A DNA stretch of 38,969 nt, from NCBI GenBank assembly GCA_964522235.1, contig CAZFUH010000001.1, positions 1 through 38,969 of the forward strand. The letters are read 5' to 3'. The stretch is from an uncultured Rhodanobacteraceae bacterium (GTDB lineage Bacteria; Pseudomonadota; Gammaproteobacteria; Xanthomonadales; UBA2363). A model generated the notes under the pieces. It saw only the letters and a program-made list of their open reading frames with translations. It had not been told where the DNA came from and ran no database searches. Below, piece after piece: positions 28,613 to 36,213 of the stretch; within the stretch, counting starts at the first letter, position 1; each line of letters begins with the position of its first letter. The translations under genes were made by a program, and so were the position numbers.

Positions 28613-28915
28613 ATGAAGAGCCCGTTCCGCCCAGCCAAGAAGCGCGTCGAGGTATCCGTTGGTGAGTCCGTCCGGATCATCCGAGAGCTTCAGGGGTTGA
28701 GCCAGAATCAGCTTTCTGAGCTTGCTGGTATATCACAAGCAACAATCTCCGCAATCGAGAATGGGCGGGGCAACCTTGGGGTGGAGCGCGCCAAGGTATT
28801 GGCCATCGCACTGCAATGTCGTACGGCCGTGCTAGTCTTTCCTGGTTGGGAGGAACCGCTGAGGATCTGTTCACATCCATCAGACATTTGCGGCGGTCGT
28901 GAAGCAGGGAGCTGA
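28613..28915 (+). CDS. Xre/HTH_3 HigA-like antitoxin with a probably non-native C-terminal tail
   Basis: SVGESVRIIRELQGLSQNQLSELAGISQATISAIENG..NLGVERAK; the tail runs into the next gene. Confidence 0.8.
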   Translation: MKSPFRPAKKRVEVSVGESVRIIRELQGLSQNQLSELAGISQATISAIENGRGNLGVERAKVLAIALQCRTAVLVFPGWEEPLRICSHPSDICGGREAGS

Positions 28916-29087
28916 CGCCTGGATTGGGTGGATCGAGGAGGTGCCTGGAGTCGACTGCCAAGAGTTCACCCGTGAATCATTGCTCGAGTCCCTGCGGGTC
29001 ATGCTCACCGAAGCCCTTGAGTTCAACCGCCAAGAGGCCATTGGCGCCGCCGGAAACGACTACGAAGAGCTGCCCGTTGGGGGATGA
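28875..29087 (+). pseudogene. HicB-like antitoxin whose start appears mutated (ATC at 28875); alternative GTG at 28899
   Basis: IHQTFAAVVKQGADAWIGWIEEVPGVDCQE.TRESLLESLR; GAGGA 9 nt before the ATC. Confidence 0.7.
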
Positions 29088-29134
29088 AGCGCCGTGATCT
29101 TCTGACGCATCTTTCAGTACTGGGGTGCGTGCTC
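29084..29134 (+). pseudogene. 5' fragment of a HicA-like toxin
   Basis: MKRRDLLTHLSVLGCVL resembles a HicA N-terminus, overlaps the antitoxin stop (ATGA) and breaks off at the stop codon of the opposite-strand gene. Confidence 0.6.
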
Positions 29135-29744
29135 ACTGCCGCAACGGGTAGCGGGCCACGCGATCGCCGCGGAAGGTGCATCCAGATTTCGTCGCCGACG
29201 ACGATCGCGGCGGATGCGCCGCCAAAGTCCGGGCTGCCGGGCTCTTCGAGTTGCCGTTCGAGGGCTTGGGTGTTCGGATCGAAGCGCAATACGACGAAGC
29301 CCACCGTGCATACCGGTTCGCGTAAGCATTCGAACACCTCGGCGGACTTCGCTGCCTGAGCGGCGATCAGCAGGCTGCCGTCCGCGAGCATGCGAATATT
29401 GTCCGGGCGCAGGCCTGACAGATCGATCGTCTGGCGCGTGTGCGGAATCTCGCCGCGCGAAAGAATATGGAGCTTGCCGTCGCCCCACGTCGTGACGAAC
29501 AGCTGCTTGCCGTCGTCCGAAACGGCGATGCCATTGTTGGCGACCAGCAACGTCCCCGGAACTTCCGACCACCCCGCCACGAGGTGTTCTCGATCAGGAT
29601 GAGATCTTCCGCGTTTCGCAGGCCGCAGATATAGGAGGCGCGACCGTCCGACTTGCATCCGTTGCTCGCCGCGTCGGCAGCAAGGCTGGTGTCGGCTGCA
29701 CCGACCAGGCTCATCAGCGACATGAGCGCAACGACCCCATTCAT
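29133..29744 (-). pseudogene. Secreted beta-propeller lactonase/arylesterase-like (SMP-30/paraoxonase-type) pseudogene
   Basis: Signal peptide and CGLRNAEDL in one frame, NNGIAVSDDGKQLFV and PDNI in a second, TFRGDRVARYPLRQ* in a third: two frameshifts and a probable internal deletion. Confidence 0.7.
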
Positions 29745-29930
29745 GTGAGTTCTCCGTGCAGGAACGTTTCCGTGCACTGAGCGGTTGCCGCGAATGCGCA
29801 GCAGAACCCCAGTCGCTTCCAGCATCCATCGCAACTGAACCGACCCGGCTGTCAGGGTCGCCGCCCGTTTGGCGTTATCAATCAGTACAGGTGCGGCGTT
29901 CCGGCTGCGCCGCAGACAAGGCCTGCGAAC

Positions 29931-31070
29931 ATGGCTAATCCAAACGCCTTCGTTTCACGCGTCCTGCCGCTGCCGCAGCTGGCCGAGCACGCACCGGCCG
30001 AAGCGCTGCGAAGCGCTGAAGGTGCCGCTATTTCCCTGGAAGACGGTCGCCGGGCACGACTGGATCCGGACGACCCCCGCTCGGCCCAGCGGCTGAGCTT
30101 GCTCGCGGGTCTCAGCCAGCGCGGCATTCCCGTCTACCTGGAGATCGACCCGGAGACTTTGATCATCACCCGGCTGCTGATCCCCACCGTTGCTCGGGTA
30201 GTCGACATCCGAACGGATGCCGCAGGTTCGGTCGAAGTGCTGCTCGAACCGTCTCACGCCCGCCATGTCCTGCCTGGCGATCAGCCGGCACGTGACGAAT
30301 ACCTCCAGACACTTCGTGCGGCCCAGCGAGCCGGCGAGATCGTCGCAGTCACCATGGACGACGCCAACACGATCATTGACATCCGTGCCTACCGCCCATC
30401 ACCGGACGGTCCGGACCGGCCCCTTCCCCTGCCGTTGCCGGATCATCCCAGGTTCGATTGGCGGCACCCGTTGCGTTCGTTGCGCTATTGGCTGCATCGG
30501 CTTTGGTACTGGCGCTGGTGGCCCTGGTGGTGGTGTTGGTGGCGTTGCGTGTCGCCGGCCAGGGCCCAGCAGATATTCGACGCGATGAGCGCGACCAGTT
30601 GCCCGCCCCTGACAGTCGCCGCACCGTGCATTCCGTTTCTGTATCCAGAAAATGGCTGCTGGGCACGAGCCCATGAGATGCGCCGGCTGATGCTCAGCAT
30701 GGGCCATTCGTCCAGAAAGGTGTGGATTCACGGCTCCTTGCGAACCCCAACCAAGAACAGCCCGAACTGTGAAGTCCATTGGGGCTGGCACGTGGCCCCG
30801 ACTCTATGCGTTCGCTACTGGCTGTTGTTCGCGCGGAGAATGGTGATCGACCCGTCGCTGTTCGCGGCGCCGGTCACCAAGGCGACCTGGAAAAGCGTCC
30901 AAGGCGACCCCGCCGCGGCGCTCAACGACACTCATGGCTCGATCTATTATTTCCCCAACACCACCGATCCGACCTATTCGGGCACCAACTACTACCTCGC
31001 CCACTATCGCGCGGTATTGCAGAATCGTTCGATCAATCAAGGCCCACCGCCGTACGCGCATTGCGCATAG
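29931..31070 (+). CDS. Protein-glutamine glutaminase family protein with a long N-terminal pro-region
   Basis: CIPFLYPENGCWARAH (Cys), WGWHVAP (His), VIDPSLF (Asp) match the Chryseobacterium protein-glutaminase triad motifs. Confidence 0.85.
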   Translation: MANPNAFVSRVLPLPQLAEHAPAEALRSAEGAAISLEDGRRARLDPDDPRSAQRLSLLAGLSQRGIPVYLEIDPETLIITRLLIPTVARVVDIRTDAAGSVEVLLEPSHARHVLPGDQPARDEYLQTLRAAQRAGEIVAVTMDDANTIIDIRAYRPSPDGPDRPLPLPLPDHPRFDWRHPLRSLRYWLHRLWYWRWWPWWWCWWRCVSPARAQQIFDAMSATSCPPLTVAAPCIPFLYPENGCWARAHEMRRLMLSMGHSSRKVWIHGSLRTPTKNSPNCEVHWGWHVAPTLCVRYWLLFARRMVIDPSLFAAPVTKATWKSVQGDPAAALNDTHGSIYYFPNTTDPTYSGTNYYLAHYRAVLQNRSINQGPPPYAHCA

Positions 31071-31379
31071 ACACCGCGGCCGGACTCGCGCCACATTTCA
31101 TCCTGGACAGCCGCTTCGAGATCTGGGTGGTCACGGCCGCGGCGTCTGGAAGGCGTAGGCGCAGCCACGCCCACGAATACGGCGTACCGTTTCATTGGCC
31201 CTGCCCCGCGAGTCATTCGTCGTGTGTTTGCTTCGGCGCGTCGCGCAGGCGTTGCTCGACGCCCTCTAAACCGGTAATCGTGGGCTCGGCGACGCCCTGA
31301 CTCCCGCCTGCAGGGCGCGCACGCGGCGATCAGGCGCGAGTGTCGCCATGAGCGCCTGAGGCGGCTCGCCAACGGAAGA

Positions 31380-32117
31380 ATGACCATGACCGCCTGGGTC
31401 TACCTCCGCAACCACATCGGCACTGTTCAGGTGCTGATTCTGGTCGCCTTGCTGCTGTCTGTAGCGCTTCCCGTGCAGATTCTCGCCTTCGGGCCGCCAG
31501 TCGGCAGCCCCGATCCCGAGCGCTTCGCGCAGCTTCATCTGCACGAGGACTTCTGGCGTCGCGCCGTACTGACCATTGCCTACTTTCCTGCGGTAATCGT
31601 GCTGCATCTGTTCGCGCAACCCGCGAGGCGGAACTTGCAGATCCTGTTCCTCGCCGGGTTCGGGTTGTTCCTGCTTGGCAACGGTATCGATCTGTTGTTT
31701 CGTTCCGTGCAGTTCCTGGTGGCACATGCGGTCTGGGCACCGCAGTTGCTCGACCTCGCCGACTCGGCCGCGCGCGAGCATGCGCGCGGCAAAGTTCTAG
31801 CCTTCAACGAGATCGCACCAGCAGTGGGCTTCTGCTTTTCGTTGCTGTTCGCGATCGGGCGTGTTCTGATGGGCTTGGCCTTACTGCCAGAAGGCGGTCT
31901 CGTTTCGCGTCTGGCCGGCCTGGTTCTGGTCATCACTGGTCTGCTCAACCTTTGCGTCGCACTGGCCCTGGTCCCCGGGCATTCCTCCCTCGGGGCGGTT
32001 GGTCCCGCCTATCTCTGGATCTGGCCGATCGGACTGCTGCTGGTCGGCGCGGCAGCATGGGCTTCATCGGGGCATTCCTTCAACAGCCCTGTCCGAGCTC
32101 GGAGCGGACAGTCGTGA
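31380..32117 (+). CDS. Hypothetical multi-pass membrane protein
   Basis: 245 aa with about six hydrophobic segments; family not recognised. Confidence 0.7.
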   Translation: MTMTAWVYLRNHIGTVQVLILVALLLSVALPVQILAFGPPVGSPDPERFAQLHLHEDFWRRAVLTIAYFPAVIVLHLFAQPARRNLQILFLAGFGLFLLGNGIDLLFRSVQFLVAHAVWAPQLLDLADSAAREHARGKVLAFNEIAPAVGFCFSLLFAIGRVLMGLALLPEGGLVSRLAGLVLVITGLLNLCVALALVPGHSSLGAVGPAYLWIWPIGLLLVGAAAWASSGHSFNSPVRARSGQS

Positions 32118-32374
32118 GCACTGAAACGGACTACGCATCGAGCGGCGATCGGTCGAATGGCTACGAGGCAGTCGGTGCAGAATTCATGCGCCGGCCTGAA
32201 GCGTCGAGCATCGGTGTCGCAACGGTACGACTGTGGGCTCGATTGCTGCCGAGTGGCGAAACGGTTCTCGATCTCGGCTGCGGCTCCGGGGAACCGATCT
32301 CGACGGCGCTGAACGACGACGCGCGCCTGCAGTTGGGGGAAGACGATGAAGCCGGAAATCCAGGAATACAATGA
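32114..32374 (+). pseudogene. Class I SAM-dependent methyltransferase, N-terminal fragment
   Basis: GTG 32114; DRSNGYE...VLDLGCGSGEPIS (motif I), then similarity ends and the frame runs into the next gene. Confidence 0.75.
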
Positions 32375-32738
32375 ACTACAGGAGCCGAACCACAAGGAGA
32401 TCTGCGATCTTCTGGCTCGGGAAATCGATCGAGCCCTGCCAAAGAGCGAAAGCAAGATATGGCACGCCCATCCGGTCTGGTTCGTCGACGGCAATCCGAT
32501 CGTCGGATTCAGCAGGCAGAAACCCGGAATACGATTGATGTTCTGGAGCGGTGCGGACTTCGAGGAGCCGGGGTTGAACATCGTGGGCAAGAAGTTCAAG
32601 GATGCCTCGATCTTCTACAACGACGCTTCAGACGTGGATCAGGCGGATCTACGACGCTGGCTGAAGAAATCGATCGAAATCCAGTGGAACTACAAGAATA
32701 TCGTTCGCCGGAAGGGCCGGCTGGATCGGCTGACGTAG
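32346..32738 (+). CDS. DUF1801 (YdhG-like) protein
   Basis: SKIWHAHPVWF.DGNPIVG, RLMFWSG, IQWNYKNIVRRKGRL. Confidence 0.85.
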   Translation: MKPEIQEYNELQEPNHKEICDLLAREIDRALPKSESKIWHAHPVWFVDGNPIVGFSRQKPGIRLMFWSGADFEEPGLNIVGKKFKDASIFYNDASDVDQADLRRWLKKSIEIQWNYKNIVRRKGRLDRLT

Positions 32739-33418
32739 TGAAGAAGTTCAAGACCAGTGCAAGGAACACACCCATGGCAACCGGACTGCTTTTCGCGGTA
32801 GTGCTCGTGCTGTCTTCGCAACTGCTGGCTGAACCTGCTGCTCCCGAGACCGGGGCGGGCACCCCTGTTCGGAACTTGCACATGCAACCGGGCTACTTCC
32901 GTGCCGGCTCAGCCATTGTCGACCGAGAGGCCCTCGGGGGCTTCGCGCCCTCGGACAACTATCCAAAGAGACTGGATCAGCCGGCACCCGCCGACGCGAT
33001 CAGCTTGATCGCACTGCCGGAAGTATCCGCCACGTTCGATGGGTCTTTTCAGGGTTTTCGCGTCATTCTCGCCAATACCACCCGCAAGGCAGTGCCATTC
33101 CCGGCCGCCGACAGTCGGCTCGGTATCATCCGCGAGGCGCTCGACACGGAAGGCAACTGGAAGCCCATCGAGTACCTAACCTCAAGCTCGTGCGGCAACA
33201 GTTTCCACCACGTCTTCCTCCCGCCCGATCACTACTGGTCGTTTGCGGCGCCGGTCTACGAGGGACCTTTCGACACAACGATGCGATTCGTTCTCTACTT
33301 CGATTACGAGGTGGACCCGATCTACTCGAACAGCTTTCCCGGCTCCATTTATCCGGAGCAGTTCTCGATCGAGCAGCACCAGGAACCGGCTGACATCATG
33401 GATTCCGGACAACACTGA
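32738..33418 (+). CDS. Hypothetical exported protein (start GTG 32738 or ATG 32774)
   Basis: Signal-peptide-like LLFAVVLVLSSQLLA, then a beta-rich domain (WKPIEY..SSCGNS, YSNSFPGSI). Confidence 0.7.
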   Translation: MKKFKTSARNTPMATGLLFAVVLVLSSQLLAEPAAPETGAGTPVRNLHMQPGYFRAGSAIVDREALGGFAPSDNYPKRLDQPAPADAISLIALPEVSATFDGSFQGFRVILANTTRKAVPFPAADSRLGIIREALDTEGNWKPIEYLTSSSCGNSFHHVFLPPDHYWSFAAPVYEGPFDTTMRFVLYFDYEVDPIYSNSFPGSIYPEQFSIEQHQEPADIMDSGQH

Positions 33419-33583
33419 GGTGGCCGCCTGTTGTTGGCCACGACCTCCGCGCGTACCCCGGGTCCTGTTGGCGCCCTTCAGTCCATCCTCCCGCCGCCTC
33501 GAGCGCCGCGACTCCGGATGCCTGCGCGAACGCTTTCACGGGACTTGGCTTTACTATTGGTCAGACCACAATCGAGGAACTCG

Positions 33584-34036
33584 ATGGCAACACATCAACT
33601 GCATACGGAAATCGAAATCAACGCGTCGGCCGAGCGGGTATGGGCGGTGCTCTCGGACTTTGCCTCGTATCCGCGCTGGAACCCCTTTATCAGGTCGGTC
33701 GTGGGGGTACCCGAGCAAGGCGCGCGGCTGAAGATCGAGGTTCAGCCCAGTGGCGGCAAGAGCATGCGCTTCAAACCTGAAGTGATCACAGCGCAAGCTG
33801 GGCGGGAGCTTCGTTGGCTGGGCCGGTTCGTGCTTCCCGGGTTGCTCGATGGAGAACACCGCTTTGTCATCGAGCCTCTGGGTGAAGACAAGGTTCGCTT
33901 CGAGCATAGCGAGCGCTTTAGCGGCATCTTGGTCGGATTGCTCCGAGCCAGCCTGGATCGCGACACCAAACGGGGATTTCAAGAAATGAATCAGGCGCTG
34001 AAGGCGCGAGCTGAGGGTTCCGGAGTGAGTGAATAA
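33584..34036 (+). CDS. SRPBCC (polyketide cyclase/START-like) family protein
   Basis: TEIEINASAERVWAVLSDFASYPRWNPF, ELRWLG, DGEHRF, MNQALKARAE; GAGGA RBS. Confidence 0.9.
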   Translation: MATHQLHTEIEINASAERVWAVLSDFASYPRWNPFIRSVVGVPEQGARLKIEVQPSGGKSMRFKPEVITAQAGRELRWLGRFVLPGLLDGEHRFVIEPLGEDKVRFEHSERFSGILVGLLRASLDRDTKRGFQEMNQALKARAEGSGVSE

Positions 34037-34056
34037 GGCTGCGGCATTGCGGCCTG

Positions 34057-34100
34057 GTTCAACCATTCGTTCAGCCGACGCCGCTACGCGGCCCGGCCCT
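34057..34100 (+). other. Degenerate attC remnant lacking its right end
   Basis: GTTCAAC-CATTC-GTTCAGCCGACGCCGCTACGCGGCCCGGC resembles short Xanthomonadales-type attC sites as recalled (AAC-N5-GTTCAAGCCGACGCCGCTTCGCGGCGCGGCTT); no GTTRRRY follows. Confidence 0.6.
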
Positions 34101-34306
34101 GAGGCCTGCTCAACCGACGAAGCAATGCTGCATCCGCATGGTGGCGTGGGGGATCGCGCGAAGAAGCGCGGACCCAGGCTGGGACGAGGCGCCATCGCTG
34201 ATCGAGATCAGCGTGCAGGCGCTCACAGGAATGATCGGCGACCTGATCGACTTCACATCGACGGGGTTTTGGCAGCGCAATCCCCTTGACGCTCGGAACG
34301 GTCGAC

Positions 34307-34375
34307 AAGGGTCGATCGCTCGAAGCCGCGATCTGCGCCGGTTGCCGAACAAGCCCGACCCGGCTTGCCGACGCC
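34307..34375 (+). repeat. 69-bp dispersed repeat, copy B
   Basis: See copy A at 28280-28348; the GTT of copy A is GCC here. Confidence 0.8.
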
Positions 34376-34471
34376 GTGACTTCTCTTCAGCTCGGTGCGT
34401 TCGGCCTTGCCTTGACCGTCGGCGTGGGCGGCCGCATAGTCCTGTACGCCAACTTGAACGAGTCATTGAAC

Positions 34472-34957
34472 ATGGGAATACGCGTCGCGGACTTGCTCAA
34501 GGGAGCCCTGCTGTTTGGGCTGCTTGGCCCACCACTGGGTTCACTCCTGTATTCCTTTCTTCTGCATGGCTTTGGCATGGTGCTGTCGGCGGATGGTGTG
34601 ATCCGGCTGCCCAGCCCGACCTGGACAACGCTAGGCGATCTTGCGTCGAAAGTGGCTGGCAACGCGTTTTTCTCCTACCTGCCGGGATTGATACCCGCGG
34701 CCCTGACCGGGCTGCTCGCAGGTGCCTTGCGCCGACAGTTCTCTCGGCTCGGGCTCAGTGCGGCGGCGGCGATCGGCGGCGCCCTATTGACCTTGCTGGT
34801 CATGGCCTCCTGGCAATGGATCCGCATTCCGGAACCGACCGTGGCCTTGGCCGCCGGTCTGGATTTCATGCCGTACGGGCTGTTTGCCGGCGCTGTCTGT
34901 GGCTGGCTGCTGGGTCGACCGCGCACGGATGTTGCCGCACTCGCCAGAGCTGCATGA
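34472..34957 (+). CDS. Inner-membrane protein, weakly CbrB-like
   Basis: About four TM segments; FGLLGPPLG and GLIPAALTG recall E. coli CbrB; start uncertain. Confidence 0.6.
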   Translation: MGIRVADLLKGALLFGLLGPPLGSLLYSFLLHGFGMVLSADGVIRLPSPTWTTLGDLASKVAGNAFFSYLPGLIPAALTGLLAGALRRQFSRLGLSAAAAIGGALLTLLVMASWQWIRIPEPTVALAAGLDFMPYGLFAGAVCGWLLGRPRTDVAALARAA

Positions 34958-35138
34958 GCGGGCTCCGATCGGGACGGTGGCCTTGGTGCGCGAACGCATC
35001 GCCCGTTGCCGGGCCGGGACGCCTCGGCGCTCAGGACGCTTGAGAACGGTCATGTTCTATGTCTGGCCACATTGAAGCCGGCGCGGAAAAGGTCCAGCAC
35101 AGGGAAGCGCAGGCGGTCGCGTGCCGACGCGCCCGCGT

Positions 35139-36209
35139 TCAGGCGGTCCGATACCAGCGTGCGGCGCGTCCGTGTCCGTCCAGGCGCAGCCGACCTTCGG
35201 CGCGCAACTGGTTGAGCACGCGCCTGATTCGCGCGGCCTCGATGTCGCCGAGCTGGCTGCGCAGCAGGGCCGAGCCGAAGCCATCGGGCATTTCCCGCAG
35301 CACGTGCAGGCGGATGCGCGTGTCCAGACCACCGTCGGCAGTTGCGGCGATGTAGCGGGCGACCGGCTCGGCAACCTGTGGCAGGCGCGGCTGGTGCAAG
35401 GCCGCATCGACGGCGGCGAACCAGCGTTGCGACCAGACGTTCGCCAGCTTGCGATTGCCTGCATAGATGCATTGCACGCGCGGAAACAATGCCGGCAGTT
35501 CGCCGAGCACTCGCAGCAAGTGCGCAGCCGGCCAGCGATCAATCTTTTCCGGTCTGCCGAAATCGGCGTACTGGGCCTCGATGACCATCGCCGCGTGCGG
35601 ATAGGTGGCCAGCTCCGCAAGCTGCTGGTGCAGACCCTTGAGTTCGGCCAGATCCCTCAGCAGATTGTCCTGAGTCTTGCGTTCGACGACGGCGACCGGA
35701 CGCTCGTCGTACAGCAGTGCGTAGTCGCCGACCGCCAGATTGCGACGGATGATTCGGGCACCGGGGAACTGCCACGGATAGCGCTCGCGGCTGTCGACCA
35801 CCAGGCTCAGGTCAGAACCGGCGCGTGGCGAAAGTTCGGCACGCTTGCTGCTGCGATGCGCGCGGGTGGCCGCTTCGGTGCGGAAGAACACCTGCTCGTA
35901 GTGGCCGGAGCCGTCGGCGCGGGGCTTTTCCAGGATCAGGAACTCGCAGCGCTTGCGCTGCGCGCGATCCAGGGTCACCGACAGTTTGCGCCCGAGTCGA
36001 GCCAGATGTGCGACCGGGACCCGTTCGATTTCGACTAGCGTCTGGTCGAGGGCAGGTTCGCGTTCACGCAGGCAGAACACTTGGCTGCCCGCCCCTGGCC
36101 ATGCCGCCTTGGCGCGAAACGCGAACAGGCAACGCCCGTCCTGCTCGATCGCGATCCGGAAAGGAAAGCGCTCGTCGTCGATTCGCTGGGTCAGCCAGTA
36201 CGCGGGCAT
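35139..36209 (-). CDS. ERCC4 (XPF/Mus81-type) nuclease domain protein with an uncharacterised N-terminal domain and a C-terminal winged-helix-like domain
   Basis: VVDSRE, LAVGDY, VVERKTQD motifs of the ERCC4 active site; ATG 36209 is 4 nt after the recQ stop. Confidence 0.85.
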   Translation of the reverse strand: MPAYWLTQRIDDERFPFRIAIEQDGRCLFAFRAKAAWPGAGSQVFCLREREPALDQTLVEIERVPVAHLARLGRKLSVTLDRAQRKRCEFLILEKPRADGSGHYEQVFFRTEAATRAHRSSKRAELSPRAGSDLSLVVDSRERYPWQFPGARIIRRNLAVGDYALLYDERPVAVVERKTQDNLLRDLAELKGLHQQLAELATYPHAAMVIEAQYADFGRPEKIDRWPAAHLLRVLGELPALFPRVQCIYAGNRKLANVWSQRWFAAVDAALHQPRLPQVAEPVARYIAATADGGLDTRIRLHVLREMPDGFGSALLRSQLGDIEAARIRRVLNQLRAEGRLRLDGHGRAARWYRTA

Positions 36210-36213
36210 GAGT

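Larger units (their letters stand above)
27300..35000 (+). mobile_element. Degenerate integron cassette array / accessory region
   Basis: Adjacent intI; mostly co-oriented short genes of typical cassette type (TA modules, DUF1801, SRPBCC, methyltransferase); attC remnants at 27815, 28269 and 34057. Right boundary approximate. Confidence 0.7.

Noticed and set aside
30458-30676. Alternative-frame ORF that looks like a TM peptide (MAAPVAFVALL...)
   Set aside because: By-product of the TGG-rich linker read in another frame; the glutaminase frame is continuous through this stretch.
31071-31379. attC site or small gene after the glutaminase
   Set aside because: No RYYYAAC...GTTRRRY pair with a convincing stem; the short minus-strand ORF matches nothing I recognise.
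33545-33570. GTCAGAC before the SRPBCC gene as a degenerate core site
   Set aside because: It lacks the invariant GTT and has no matching upstream arm; too weak to call.
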